Shown here: piece by piece, positions 8,324-18,485 of the stretch
Position numbering within the stretch: position 1 is the stretch's first letter
How the letters are laid out: the number at the start of each line of letters is the position of its first letter
IMG/VR virus record: IMGVR_UViG_3300045988_061146
From: a virus
DNA: 37,258 nucleotides
Strand: one strand, 5' to 3'
Made by a program: the position numbers and the translations under genes
Notes under the pieces: model-generated
What the model was told of the DNA's origin: nothing
Databases searched by the model: none
What the model saw: only the letters and a program-made list of their open reading frames with translations

Positions 8324-8491
8324 AAAAATCTCCTTACCGCTTATAGTCTGGGCGTCGTACTGCCGAAGCCCTCGCGTCAGTAATCATGTGTTTACCCTGG
8401 CCTTTCCGGCGTCGGGAAGGATATGATCTCCTTTGTTGGGGTACTCTGTTTTCAGGTTCGTCGCCTTACTCGGTCGCGTTTTCCACCAAAT
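8324..8491 (-). ncRNA. Putative DGR spacer (Sp) RNA segment between the TR and the RT gene
   Basis: Its position is equivalent to the Sp region of characterised DGR RNAs and it holds no credible ORF. This is inference only. Confidence 0.3.
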
Positions 8492-8591
8492 CCGGGCGAA
8501 CGCCGTTGTTGCCGTTGTACGCATTGTTCCAGTTCAGACTGCCGTCGGAATTGACATTCCGCACGTTGTTCGCGTTGCCGGCGTTCGGGGT
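8492..8591 (-). repeat. DGR template repeat (TR)
   Basis: It is non-coding and AAC/AAT-rich on the minus strand, and would read TPNAGNANNVRNVNSDGSLNWNNAYNGNNGVRP in the VR frame. It is the consensus copy from which VR1 and VR2 differ only or mostly at adenines. It lies between avd and the RT. Confidence 0.85.
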
Positions 8592-8612
8592 ACAGATCAT
8601 ACCCTAATATCA

Positions 8613-9089
8613 TTAACCTTCCGTCTGGGTGGGCGGCTCCGCGACCGGCGCTTCGGCCTTTTCGGCTTCTTCGGCGGGCGCTTGCTCTGCCTTATACCAG
8701 GCGGCGGCCATGAACTTAACGTCCAGGGTGATCTTCGTCCAGTAGTCGAAGGTCCCTGTGTCGATATAGCCGCGCTTCTTTGACAATTCGATGAAGAACA
8801 GAAGCATTTTACAGGCCGTCAGGGCGTCCCGTTGAAGGGATAGCCGACGGACCTTGTCTTCTTCGTTCTGGATCGGGTAGATTTCATTCGCGGCCAGAAG
8901 TTTTTCATAGATCGACAGAACGTGATCCTGAATCCTGTTGACGATAGTGAAGCGGACCTTCTTCGGGAAGTGCTTCGTGTTGTCGGTCAGGTCCAGGGTG
9001 TAGTCGATCAGTTTTGACGCAACAGGAAGGACGTGAAGGGGACTTTCATTCCCATTCGCCTTCCGCTGATAGTTTTTCCGGGTTCCCAT
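8613..9089 (-). CDS. avd: DGR accessory variability determinant (Avd-like), about 158 aa from the internal M. The ORF-track M at 9188 is an alternative start.
   Basis: It is basic and helical with an Avd-like pattern (LIDYTLDLTDNTKHFPKKVRFTIVNRIQDHVLSIYEKLL ... LQRDALTACKMLLFFIEL). It is immediately upstream of the TR. The RBS is GCGAAGGTGTATCA followed by ATG. Confidence 0.6.
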   Translation of the reverse strand: MGTRKNYQRKANGNESPLHVLPVASKLIDYTLDLTDNTKHFPKKVRFTIVNRIQDHVLSIYEKLLAANEIYPIQNEEDKVRRLSLQRDALTACKMLLFFIELSKKRGYIDTGTFDYWTKITLDVKFMAAAWYKAEQAPAEEAEKAEAPVAEPPTQTEG

Positions 9090-9309
9090 TGATACACCTT
9101 CGCTTCCTGATTCTCTCGACGGTTTCACGCCGTCCGGAATAGTCGAAGCCATAGTCCCGAAGGACGACCGTCTGTTCTTCGCCTTCATAGGTCAAGCCGC
9201 ACAGGACGACGTTGTCGCCCTCACAGCGGCCGCACACGGGCCGAAGTTCCGTGAACAGGTTGGATAATAGGCACGACGTTTCCGGCGGCTTACAGGCGAA
9301 GCGGGTCAT
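9046..9309 (-). CDS. Cys-rich small protein, about 88 aa, a zinc-ribbon candidate. It overlaps the avd 5' end in another frame.
   Basis: MTRFACKPPETSCLLSNLFTELRPVCGRCEGDNVVLCGL. Its start overlaps the upstream stop as ATGA. Confidence 0.35.
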   Translation of the reverse strand: MTRFACKPPETSCLLSNLFTELRPVCGRCEGDNVVLCGLTYEGEEQTVVLRDYGFDYSGRRETVERIRKRRCINGNPEKLSAEGEWE

Positions 9310-10070
9310 AGATACAGCCGGTTCTTCGCGGCGTCCAGAATCCCTTCGGGAAGTCCGGTTCCGTCGTAGCCCTTCCATTGGTTCAGTTGGGCCGTGGCGA
9401 AGGTGTGGGTCACAGCCGTTCCGGCGAAGCCGGTGTCCAGTTGCTCCCGGATCGCGGAAATGTCGAAGTCCTGGCGGCGCTGTACGGATTCCACGCTTTC
9501 GCCTGTGCTTTCCTGAACGTCGGAAGCGGCGTGGCCGTGGACGATCGGCGCGGAGTAGGCGACCATTTGCGCGGTCGTGACGAAGGACCCGTTTCCGACC
9601 TCGACCGTGATCCCGCTGTTTTCCTGGTTGGTGACGACCACGGCGACGTCGTGAATGTGGACCGTGTCGCCTTCGCCGTCCATGCCAGCGCGGCCCAGGA
9701 AGGAATCAGGCGGAAGAATGTTGTCGCTGTCGGCTCCGTCCAGCCAGGAATAACTAAACATGAACGGGGCGTCTTTTTCGTCCAGGGCGAAGGTTGCCAC
9801 CTCTCGGACGTACTGGGCCGATTCCAGGCCGGCGTTCGTGACCTGGACAGGGATTCGCATATAGGACGGGTTACTTTCGACGAAGGTCTTTTCGCCGATC
9901 TGGGCGTTCACGTTGATCGGGTTCACAAGGGCGGTCAGCGTGTTCGGGCTGACCTGTGCGACACCGTCGCCGGCGGCCGCGCTGACCAGGACAAGGCGTT
10001 TCCCGGCCGCCAGAAAAGCGGTCAGGACTTCCGCGCCCCTGTCTGTGATTGTAGACTTAAATCGTGCCAT
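9306..10070 (-). CDS. Phage tail fibre or baseplate-associated protein (XkdV position)
   Basis: A 254-aa Thr/Val/Gly-rich beta-type sequence located after the XkdT/XkdU homologues. Confidence 0.45.
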   Translation of the reverse strand: MARFKSTITDRGAEVLTAFLAAGKRLVLVSAAAGDGVAQVSPNTLTALVNPINVNAQIGEKTFVESNPSYMRIPVQVTNAGLESAQYVREVATFALDEKDAPFMFSYSWLDGADSDNILPPDSFLGRAGMDGEGDTVHIHDVAVVVTNQENSGITVEVGNGSFVTTAQMVAYSAPIVHGHAASDVQESTGESVESVQRRQDFDISAIREQLDTGFAGTAVTHTFATAQLNQWKGYDGTGLPEGILDAAKNRLYL

Positions 10071-10605
10071 TCGTGTTTCCTCCTTCTGGGTGGTGTTCGT
10101 GGCGGACCATATTGACCATAGCGGCCCCCACGACCGAAGCCGGGCGAAGGACGGTCTGTGGGATTGCCGTTTGAAGCAACAGGACCAGGTTCGCCGGAAT
10201 CATTTGTTTCAGCGTTTCCGCCAGGGCGTCCCGCTGGGTGTAGCCGGACAGTCTGATCCGGACGAACAGTTCATAGGCGTCATTATCCAGGACGACCTTG
10301 AAGTCGTCGCTGACGGTGGACAGGTATTTTAGAAGCGCCCTGTATGTGTAGGGCAGTTGGTCCAGGTACGCGATCAAGATTCTTTCGCGTCTGGATTCGA
10401 CGGTGTCTTCTGCGGCCGCCACAAGGCCCAGAATCGCTTCCCAGCGCCGACAGCCATATTCAGACAGGCTCACCAGGAAGAAGTCGTCTGGCGCGCCCTG
10501 GACGTCCTGGACGGCCTTTGTGAACTCCGGCTGTTCTGCGGTTGCGATCTGGCCGAACTCGACCAGTTCTTGAAGGTGGCGGGGCCAGTATTCTTTAATT
10601 TCCAT
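10057..10605 (-). CDS. Phage tail protein, XkdU/YmfQ-like (DUF2313)
   Basis: Size, sequence character and its position after baseplate J. Confidence 0.5.
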   Translation of the reverse strand: MEIKEYWPRHLQELVEFGQIATAEQPEFTKAVQDVQGAPDDFFLVSLSEYGCRRWEAILGLVAAAEDTVESRRERILIAYLDQLPYTYRALLKYLSTVSDDFKVVLDNDAYELFVRIRLSGYTQRDALAETLKQMIPANLVLLLQTAIPQTVLRPASVVGAAMVNMVRHEHHPEGGNTNGTI

Positions 10606-11674
10606 TCGTCACCGCCCCCAGAACTGGGATCGCTTCGCCGCCCAGGGAAATATTCGCGGTTCCCTGGTTGATCTTCGTCCCTGTGATGTCAATGACGCCG
10701 TCAACATTCAGGACCTTCGTTTCGATCTGGCTGACGCGGACGATCAGGTTTTCGGTGTCGGCCCACGTCCGGGCCAGGCTGTCGAAGTAGGACTGGATCG
10801 CCGTCTTCACCGCGTCCTGGGTGCTGGTCCAGGACGCCCCGCCCTCAAAGGTCAGGTTGAAGGACACGTCGATCTTCGATCCCGTGACGCCGGCCACCGT
10901 GACGACATGGCCGATCGGGGCCAGGCCGACGCCGGTTCCCTGGGTATTCACAGGGTCGATCGCTTCCTGGACCTGTTTCACCAGTTCGGAAGATGGGACG
11001 CCCCATTCGCTGTCCACCAGAACAATTTTCACGGTTCCGCCGCCGTTCCAGACAGGAAAGACTTTGACGGCTCCCACGCCGGGAAGAAGTTCAACCTTGT
11101 TTTTGTAGTCGGCGATATTCCCGCCGAACGCCTGGGATTTCAGCGATTCAAAGTAGCGGGCGCGAAGGGCGTCGTCGCTTTCTTCGTCTTCGCCTGGGAT
11201 CAGAATGTCGGCCAGGCGCGCGGCCGCCAGTTCAGGGACGTAGTCGATCGGGAACAGGGTTCCGACATACTCGTTCCCCACAGTCCCGGCCGTTTCTGCT
11301 GTTAGGCTGTACTGGCCGGGGGCGATTCGCTCTGTAACGGTGAAGTTGATGTCACCGCCAGAAAAGCGCGTCCCGATCTCCATGTCACAGCCGCCGCCGT
11401 CCGCCTTCTCGAAGTAGCCCTTCCGGACTGCCTGGGTTGCGGCCGTCCGGAACACGCTTCTTTCGCGACACTTCTTCGTCAGGTCGTCGCCGGTTTCTGT
11501 GTCCGGGAAGGCCCGGTCCATAAGATAGGCCAGTTCAATATACAGGATCGCCAGTTCCGCCGCCGCCGGCGCGATCGCGTCGTAGACGATGGACCCTTCA
11601 CGCTTATCCACCGAAGCGGAAACGCGGGCCAGACAGCGGTCCATGATGTTTTCAAAGGTCATATTCTCATACAT
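10595..11674 (-). CDS. Baseplate J-like protein (XkdT-like)
   Basis: 359 aa, consistent with the Baseplate_J family by context and composition. Confidence 0.65.
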   Translation of the reverse strand: MYENMTFENIMDRCLARVSASVDKREGSIVYDAIAPAAAELAILYIELAYLMDRAFPDTETGDDLTKKCRERSVFRTAATQAVRKGYFEKADGGGCDMEIGTRFSGGDINFTVTERIAPGQYSLTAETAGTVGNEYVGTLFPIDYVPELAAARLADILIPGEDEESDDALRARYFESLKSQAFGGNIADYKNKVELLPGVGAVKVFPVWNGGGTVKIVLVDSEWGVPSSELVKQVQEAIDPVNTQGTGVGLAPIGHVVTVAGVTGSKIDVSFNLTFEGGASWTSTQDAVKTAIQSYFDSLARTWADTENLIVRVSQIETKVLNVDGVIDITGTKINQGTANISLGGEAIPVLGAVTNGN

Positions 11675-12095
11675 TGGTTGTCACCGTCCTTTCGACGGGG
11701 ATTTCCCCGAAGATTGTTTCGGCCGTGAAACTGACGCGGGCTGTCCTCTTGTCGATCTGCCCGACCTTGAAGTCTGTGACGCCGGTGATCCGGCTGTCCG
11801 CCAGAAGTGCTTCCGTGATAACTCGTTTGATTTCACTTGAAAACACATGGTAACTTTTCCCGACGACGGCGTTCAGTTCTGTCCCATAGTCCCAGGAATA
11901 GATCAGGTACGAAAACCGTTCCGTCATTAGGATTTTTATGATCGCCTGTTTCATGGCTTCCGTTTCGTCGACAAAACCAGCCACGCGACCGGTTTCAAAG
12001 TCTGCCTTGTAGGTTCTGGTCGGGTGGTCGGCGGCCGGCGTCACTTCGACGGCCTGTCCGATCGTGACCGAAGACTGGTTCGGTATTAGGGCCAT
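11667..12095 (-). CDS. XkdS-like tail protein (DUF2634), about 142 aa from the internal M
   Basis: ATG at 12095 with RBS GGGAAGGGTG. Conserved order XkdR-XkdS-XkdT. Confidence 0.5.
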   Translation of the reverse strand: MALIPNQSSVTIGQAVEVTPAADHPTRTYKADFETGRVAGFVDETEAMKQAIIKILMTERFSYLIYSWDYGTELNAVVGKSYHVFSSEIKRVITEALLADSRITGVTDFKVGQIDKRTARVSFTAETIFGEIPVERTVTTNV

Positions 12096-12099
12096 AGGA

Positions 12100-12504
12100 T
12101 CACACCCTTCCCAGGACCAGGAAGGACTGTCCGCCCTGGTTTCGTAGAAGGACCACCTTGTCACCCACAGCCAGGCCATAATAATATTCGGACGTCGGTC
12201 CCGTGTTGGTCAGGTAGTCATTTTTCAGTGTGTGGTCGTGGGAAGCGAAGGCCGGATCGCCGGACCCGCCGCCTTTGGGCTGGGTAGTCGGGGAATCGGC
12301 GAAGCCGCTGTGACGGTGCGTCGGATAATAACCGGCGCGGAACTCCTTCATGACGACGATCGCTTCGCCGGTGATGTCGAAGCGGTTGTCGACGCGGATC
12401 GTCAGCGGGGACGTAGCCGTCACGTTCCCAAAAAGGAAGGCCGCCGGAACGTTCGCGTTCTGCGACTGTTCAGCGACCTTTTTCATAGTTTCAAGAAGTG
12501 CCAT
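12100..12504 (-). CDS. XkdR-like tail protein (DUF2577)
   Basis: 134 aa, positioned between the XkdQ and XkdS homologues. Confidence 0.5.
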   Translation of the reverse strand: MALLETMKKVAEQSQNANVPAAFLFGNVTATSPLTIRVDNRFDITGEAIVVMKEFRAGYYPTHRHSGFADSPTTQPKGGGSGDPAFASHDHTLKNDYLTNTGPTSEYYYGLAVGDKVVLLRNQGGQSFLVLGRV

Positions 12505-12505
12505 G

Positions 12506-13459
12506 TCACACCACCTTCAATTTCAAAGTCATTTGTTCCTTCAAAAGATCGGCGCTGGCTTCCTCCACAATGAAGAAGGAACTTACGCCGACGTCCTTGA
12601 TCCCGATATACAGGGCGCGGCCGGCTCTGACCGACAGGTCCAGAAGGGCCTTCACTTCGAAGGACTTCTTCGGCCGGTTGTAAAGTTCCAGCATTTGACC
12701 GCCGCGTTCCTTGATCTGGGCTTCGTTCATGTCTTCGTCAACGGTTTCGTAATTCTGCAAAACGCCCCACAGTTTGATGTTCTTGGAGTCCTGGAAAATA
12801 TACACGTCCCGTTTTCCGGTCTTCTTGTTGTCGCGGACCAGTTTGATCTTGTTGTAGGATTCGGAATCTATGTCGGTTTCGTAGGTGTAGCCGGTCGCCA
12901 GGCTGGAATCTCCCACGAACAGGTCCAGTTTCGACTTCTCGACGTCTGTGATCCGAAGGGACCCGAAGTCGTCCCACAGGACGAACATTTTCCCGGAATT
13001 GATCAGGGTGTGATCCAGGGCCTTCAAAACGATGTCGAAAAGGGTCTGGCCGTCTTCAATCATGGAAGGGATCGCATAGCCGGTATTTTCAAGCGCCCCA
13101 CATTTCAGGCCGAAGTCGGCCGCGATCTGGGTCAGGATTTGATCGGCTCGTTTTCCTGTGAAGACATAGGTTTCCTTGTTCTTCTTCAAATACCAGGTCT
13201 GGTCGTAGGCTGTGACCTCGACCCGGTCTGTTTCCTTCTGGCGGATTTTCACGACGTAGCCGTAAAAAATGCCGGTTTTTCCGTCCTTTAGGGCGACGAT
13301 CCCCCCGTGGGTCCATGTCACGGAATCGTCGACGATCACGGTCAGTTCCAGGGAAGCGGGGGACCCGGACCGTTTTGTCGACCACTTCGCGCCGGCGCAC
13401 AACGTTGTTACGTCGAAGGCGTCGCCGGTCACGTTGTTCTGGTACAGGATAGAGATCAC
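12506..13459 (-). CDS. XkdQ-like tail protein (late control D-like), about 317 aa from a GTG start
   Basis: GTG (V42 of the track ORF) overlaps the upstream stop as GTGA. Starting at the track M would mean a 127-nt overlap. Confidence 0.55.
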   Translation of the reverse strand: MISILYQNNVTGDAFDVTTLCAGAKWSTKRSGSPASLELTVIVDDSVTWTHGGIVALKDGKTGIFYGYVVKIRQKETDRVEVTAYDQTWYLKKNKETYVFTGKRADQILTQIAADFGLKCGALENTGYAIPSMIEDGQTLFDIVLKALDHTLINSGKMFVLWDDFGSLRITDVEKSKLDLFVGDSSLATGYTYETDIDSESYNKIKLVRDNKKTGKRDVYIFQDSKNIKLWGVLQNYETVDEDMNEAQIKERGGQMLELYNRPKKSFEVKALLDLSVRAGRALYIGIKDVGVSSFFIVEEASADLLKEQMTLKLKVV

Positions 13460-14115
13460 GGGATTGTGAAAACCTGTCCGGGGTAGATCAGATTCGGGTT
13501 TGAACCGATTGTCCCCTTGTTGGCGTTGTAAATCTTCGTGTAGTCGCCCCCCTTGCCATAGAACTTCTTCGCGATATTCCACAGACAGTCACCGGCCTTC
13601 ACGGTGTACGTCTTCGCGGCGGCGGCCGGGGGTTTCCCTGGTCGCTTCGGTTCTTTGGCCTGTGCCGGTTTCTTCGGCTCCGGCGGAAGGACGATCCGGC
13701 GCGGCGAATAGTCCTTCCATTCCGACAGTTTGATCGAATAGTAGAAGTCGCCCAGTTCTCCGGACCGTTCTTCGTAGTCGAAGGTTTCCACGCCCATTCG
13801 AACGTTAATGTCCAGGTCCGTTCCTGTGATCAGGAAACGAACCGGGTCCAGTCCGTCGCGGGCGTCCTGGATCGCGCGGACGATTTCGACCGGGTCTGTG
13901 ATCCGGCCGGTCACGAAGGGCGCGTCATTCACAGGGAAAAAACTATCCCAGGCGACAGTCCGAAGTCCCTTCTTCCGAAGGATCAGAATGTCGCCCAGGA
14001 CAAGAACGGTCGCTTTGTCGTTGTTACCTGGCGACGTCACTTTCAGTTTTTGCGGAAGGACGGGGATTTCTATTTCCCGTCCCCCCGCGATTATGGTCAT
14101 TCCATAGTCGTTCAT
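13456..14115 (-). CDS. XkdP-like tail protein with a C-terminal LysM domain
   Basis: [51 protein letters not shown] matches LysM. Confidence 0.75.
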   Translation of the reverse strand: MNDYGMTIIAGGREIEIPVLPQKLKVTSPGNNDKATVLVLGDILILRKKGLRTVAWDSFFPVNDAPFVTGRITDPVEIVRAIQDARDGLDPVRFLITGTDLDINVRMGVETFDYEERSGELGDFYYSIKLSEWKDYSPRRIVLPPEPKKPAQAKEPKRPGKPPAAAAKTYTVKAGDCLWNIAKKFYGKGGDYTKIYNANKGTIGSNPNLIYPGQVFTIP

Positions 14116-16028
14116 TATGCGTACACCCCCTCGGCGGCGGCTTCGAACTCGGTTTCCAGGCGTCTTTCGATCTTGTCGACCACTTCGTCGACGTCGACCT
14201 TCTCGCTGATCTTCGCGTCCACGGCCACAGTCGGGGTTAGTGTCACGAAGTTCTGAACGTAGCGCATTTCGGCCACGTCGCGAAGGAACTTCAAGTCTTC
14301 GTCGGCGATATTGACGTCTTCGTCGATGGACCCGACGGACCCGACGCGGTCCACGTTCCCGATGTCGCCGGGGTCTGTGTTCGCATAGGCGGACCAGTCC
14401 GGTTCGGTGCTTCCGTTGCCGGCGGCGGCGGATTCTGCCTTCGCGGTGGCGATCTCCGCTTCTCGCTGGGCGGTAGCGGCGCGCGCTTCTGCCTTCATAG
14501 CAGACAGGGCGGAATCCCTCTCCGCGATCTGGGAATTGATCTGGTCCTGGTATGCGGCCAGGTCTGCGGCTCTGGCCTGTTTCGCGGCGTCATTCTCCAT
14601 TTGTGCGGTTGTCCCGAACGTCACCTTCTCGATCGCGTCGATACTGACGCCCGGAATCTTGTTCAGGGTGTTTATGAAGCCGTTTATGATGTCAATCGCC
14701 CCGTTGACCATGTTTTGAAGGATCGTCAGGACGCCGGCCTTCATATCACCCATAAAGTTTTGAATGTTCACGCTGGCCGTGTAGAAGGCCAGTTGAAGTC
14801 GGTTCCACAGGTTCATAACGAAGTAGACGCCGGTCATGAATCCGATCTTCACCCAGTCCCAGGCGGTCAGAACCGCGTTGACGCAGATCAGCCAGGCGAC
14901 TTTCAGGCCACCGACGGACTGGACCCACTTATAAATCGCGGCCACCACGACGCCGATCGCAAGGGCGATCCAGAACAAGGGGTTCGTCAGAAGTGTCGTG
15001 AAGAACGCCTGGGCGGCTCCGTTGGCGATCCATGTCGCGGCCGTCTGGATTCCCAGGGCCACAGCATAGCCCAGGGCGGCGGCCGCCAGGCCCCAGAAAA
15101 CAGGGGCAATCATGGACCAGTTGTCATATATCCATTGTGCGCCCTGGCCGATCAGGGTCAAAACGGGCGTGAACGCTTCCAGGGCGATATTCTTCGCGAT
15201 TGTCCACACCTGGGAAAAGGTCATGGGCATAGCCGCGAACTTCGCGTTGATTTCGTCGGCGGACGCCAGCATGGCATTTTTCACGATCGTCGAAGTGATC
15301 TGGCCTTCGGCGGCCATTTCCCGGATTTTCCCGATCGGGACACCCAGGTAGTCGGCGATCGTCTGAATGATGGTCGGGGCCTGTTCGAAGACGCTGTTCA
15401 GTTCTTCACCGCGAAGGACGCCGGACGACATGGCCTGGGTCAACTGCAACATAGCCGCGTCGATACCGGCGGCCGATGTTCCGGCAATCGTGAACTGTTT
15501 GTTGATCAGTTCGGAAAAGGCGATCAGTTCTTCGTTGCTGGAAAAGGCGTCGCTGGCCATTATGCCCATTTTAGCCACAGCGTCGGCCGTGGTGGAGTAG
15601 GCCGCGCGTGACCTGTTGGCGGACTTCATGATCATATCTTGAAGTTCGGCCGTAGTTTGAAGGCCGTCGTTCATCAGGTCCAGCCGCGCGCGGGTGGTGG
15701 TCATGCCGTCAGCCAGTTCGACGATCTTTTTCACACTGAACGCCGCAAGGGCGGACTTGATAACGCCGCCCATTTTAGACCAGACGGACTTCACCCTGTT
15801 CGCCCCATGTTCCGCTTGCTCTTGGCGGTTGTTGAAGTTGTCAACCTGACGACTGGCCGCCCCGATGTCAGCGGCGCTTCGTTCGAAGGGCGCGCCGGGG
15901 TCGATCGTGTCCGTCAGGGCGTCGGTTGCGTCCAGGGTTCGGTTCAGGCGTTGGGCCGCGCCGATCATGGTGTTCAGGCGGGAAGTCATTCTGTCCTGGA
16001 TCGAAAACTGTGTAGATACGCCGGCCAT
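14115..16028 (-). CDS. Tail tape measure protein, 637 aa
   Basis: Long, helical and Ala-rich with an internal hydrophobic block. It lies downstream of the frameshifted chaperone pair. Confidence 0.8.
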   Translation of the reverse strand: MAGVSTQFSIQDRMTSRLNTMIGAAQRLNRTLDATDALTDTIDPGAPFERSAADIGAASRQVDNFNNRQEQAEHGANRVKSVWSKMGGVIKSALAAFSVKKIVELADGMTTTRARLDLMNDGLQTTAELQDMIMKSANRSRAAYSTTADAVAKMGIMASDAFSSNEELIAFSELINKQFTIAGTSAAGIDAAMLQLTQAMSSGVLRGEELNSVFEQAPTIIQTIADYLGVPIGKIREMAAEGQITSTIVKNAMLASADEINAKFAAMPMTFSQVWTIAKNIALEAFTPVLTLIGQGAQWIYDNWSMIAPVFWGLAAAALGYAVALGIQTAATWIANGAAQAFFTTLLTNPLFWIALAIGVVVAAIYKWVQSVGGLKVAWLICVNAVLTAWDWVKIGFMTGVYFVMNLWNRLQLAFYTASVNIQNFMGDMKAGVLTILQNMVNGAIDIINGFINTLNKIPGVSIDAIEKVTFGTTAQMENDAAKQARAADLAAYQDQINSQIAERDSALSAMKAEARAATAQREAEIATAKAESAAAGNGSTEPDWSAYANTDPGDIGNVDRVGSVGSIDEDVNIADEDLKFLRDVAEMRYVQNFVTLTPTVAVDAKISEKVDVDEVVDKIERRLETEFEAAAEGVYA

Positions 16029-16033
16029 TTTAT

Positions 16034-16646
16034 CACCTGCCCTTCTTGCCCTTCCGGCGCTTCGCTTTTGCCGCTTCCTTCTTTTCCTTCTCGATTTGAA
16101 GGTCTATGGAAGCATAAATGAAGGCCCGTTCCCGTCTGGGAAGGGCCAGAAGTTGTCCCGGAAGGATTTTCAGCCGGTGGAGGGCGTAATGGGCGTACAC
16201 CGATTCGCCGTCGGCGTCCGCCTCATTCCCGCCCCCCGTGATTAGTTTTTTGCTTCGTCCCTCAACTCGTTCACGTCGTCAGTGAAGCCGTTGATTTCCT
16301 GGACGGCCAGAAGAAGATCGGTGTACTGTCCAGGGTTCAGGACCAGGTTGATCAGGTCTTCCGCCCCACGGACGCCCTTCTTCGCCTGGAAGTCGGCGTC
16401 CTTGAAGTTGGGGTCAATGCAACAGGCCGCCACAAGGCGGGCGTTGTAAAGGTCAGTGTCGGTGTCGATTCGCTTCTGGCGGGTCTTCTTGTCGAACTCG
16501 ACCTTCTGACAGGTCTTTCGAATGGCCTTGTTCTCCGCTTCCGTAATGGAACGGATCACGAAGGGGAAGGGGAACGGCGCGATCTGGACTTCCGTCTGGG
16601 TCGTGCCGATCTCCGCGTCCATAAGGAACTCTTGCAATTTACCCAT
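16034..16646 (-). CDS. Tail assembly chaperone (XkdN-like). The short form is 16242..16646. A C-terminally extended form is made by a programmed -1 frameshift at the slippery heptamer A_AAA_AAC (plus-strand gtttttt, 16245..16251).
   Basis: The zero frame ends ...DEAKN*. The -1 frame is open for about 70 more codons (KKLITGGGNEADADGESVYAHYALHRLKILPGQ...KAKRRKGKKGR) and stops 5 nt before the TMP ATG. Confidence 0.7.
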
Positions 16647-16668
16647 AGTTTTTTACCTCGCTTTCAAA

Positions 16669-17127
16669 TTAGAACTTGGTGAAGGGGGTCAGAATGTCGA
16701 AGTCCTCGAAGGTGAAGTCGACGTCTTCGTCCAGGGGATCGTCGCTGTCGCCGTCCAGTTTTGCCAGGACGACGGAATCCAGGTTACAGCCGATCAGAAG
16801 GACCGACTGTTTCCCGGCGGAAGATTCCTGGTCGTCATTCTCGACCACCATGTCGAAATAGATGTCCTGGCCGGTTTCCTTCCAGGTCTTGACCATGTTT
16901 CGGAACAGGGGCGTCAGATAGTAAAGGGTCATGGACCCGGTTCCGTTGCCGCCGGTGGTCTTGTGGCCGGTCATGCGCTTTCCGATTGCCTTGACCTCGG
17001 ACTTCGACTTCTCGACGGTCGCTTCAATGGTCTTCGACATGAACAGTTCTTCGTTGTTGCCGTTGACCTTCGCATAGGCGCGGCCTTCCTTGCCGGAAAT
17101 GGTATCAGGCGCGTTCAGGGTTTTCAT
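16669..17127 (-). CDS. Phage tail tube protein (XkdM-like)
   Basis: 152 aa, located between the sheath and the chaperone. Confidence 0.7.
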   Translation of the reverse strand: MKTLNAPDTISGKEGRAYAKVNGNNEELFMSKTIEATVEKSKSEVKAIGKRMTGHKTTGGNGTGSMTLYYLTPLFRNMVKTWKETGQDIYFDMVVENDDQESSAGKQSVLLIGCNLDSVVLAKLDGDSDDPLDEDVDFTFEDFDILTPFTKF

Positions 17128-17147
17128 TTCGGTTCACACTCCTTCCG

Positions 17148-18482
17148 TTAGTTGACGACAGTCGTCATATACAGTTTTTCCATACTGTCGTTCGGTTTCA
17201 GGGCGGAGTCGACGGCGACGTCGCGTTTTCCGTTGCCCTGCTGAATGGTAATGTCTTCGGAAACGAAGTCGCTGATCGCGTCGATGTCCTGATACTGCAA
17301 GGCCAGGGACACCAGGTCAGCCTTGAACAGTTGACGGCCGGTGTCGCTGTTGGTCACTTTGCCGATATAGGAATCGCCGAAGATTCGGGCGACGTCGTTC
17401 GCCCAGCCGTCCAGGACGCGGATCACGCGGTTCGAAGTCCAGTCTTCGGTCACGCCGCCGCCGAAACTGGTCAGGCTGTTAATGTCGGTCAGGACACGGG
17501 CCTTCCCATAGTCGGCATAGAAAACGAACTCGCCGGCCTGGATCGCCGCTTCGAACTGGGACTTCGTATATTTAATGTCCACGTCCACGGCGTCGTCGTA
17601 GGCGGTATTGGTCAGGCTCTCGTTGATCTCTGCGCCGGCGGAAGCGCCGGACACCCACGCGACGGCCTTGTCGCCGGTCACGGTGGTTCCGTCGTTCAGG
17701 ACGACGCCATTCTTCACGTTGATCAGGCCGATATTGTCGCCCTTGTAGTCGTGAAGGACGCCGACGATCTTCTTTCCCTCGTCGTCGCGAAGACGCTTCA
17801 CGAAGGTCGCATACAGGGACTTGATTTCTTCATCGGTCCCAGGGTAGCCGACCACGTTGAAGGATTCCACTTCGAAGGCGTTCAGTGCGGCGGTGTGGGC
17901 CGCGCCGTTGACGGTTCCGTTCGTGCCGCCGGTCAGCGGGGTCGCCACGGCCGGGGTCAGGGAAGACGCGCTTCCGAAGGTGACGAAGTCGTTCGCTTTC
18001 AGGTTGGCCGATCCGGTGGCCTTTGCGACGGTCTGGGAATCCATGACCATTCCGTCAAGGTAGGTTACGACGTCAACGTTGGTCGCGTTGTCGGCGTTGG
18101 TCAGGATCGCGACGCTGATCGCATTTCCGCGCGTTCCGCCACAGGCGGCCGTAACGGTCACGCCGCCGACGGTCGCAGTCGCCTTCTTGCCGCCGGAATT
18201 GACACGATAGATCATAAGGGTTCTGGCGCGCTTCAATGCTTCTTTGACAAGAAGAATGTCGTCCGCCGTAGGATCATAGCCGAACACGGACAGGGCGTTC
18301 TTGTTGAAGTCCTCCGCATACACGGAAAAGACCTTGTTTTCAGGCCCCCAGTTCAATTCCAGGGGAAGGGCCGCGACGCCGCGCGTCCCCATTTTTACGA
18401 CGCTTCCCAGGCTGACGAAGTTAATATACGCGCCGGGAAGAATCTTGTTCTGTACGGTAAAAGTTCCGCCACCGATAGGCAT
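17148..18482 (-). CDS. Phage tail sheath protein (XkdK-like)
   Basis: 444 aa, immediately upstream of the tube gene. This indicates a contractile tail. Confidence 0.8.
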   Translation of the reverse strand: MPIGGGTFTVQNKILPGAYINFVSLGSVVKMGTRGVAALPLELNWGPENKVFSVYAEDFNKNALSVFGYDPTADDILLVKEALKRARTLMIYRVNSGGKKATATVGGVTVTAACGGTRGNAISVAILTNADNATNVDVVTYLDGMVMDSQTVAKATGSANLKANDFVTFGSASSLTPAVATPLTGGTNGTVNGAAHTAALNAFEVESFNVVGYPGTDEEIKSLYATFVKRLRDDEGKKIVGVLHDYKGDNIGLINVKNGVVLNDGTTVTGDKAVAWVSGASAGAEINESLTNTAYDDAVDVDIKYTKSQFEAAIQAGEFVFYADYGKARVLTDINSLTSFGGGVTEDWTSNRVIRVLDGWANDVARIFGDSYIGKVTNSDTGRQLFKADLVSLALQYQDIDAISDFVSEDITIQQGNGKRDVAVDSALKPNDSMEKLYMTTVVN

Positions 18483-18485
18483 GAC

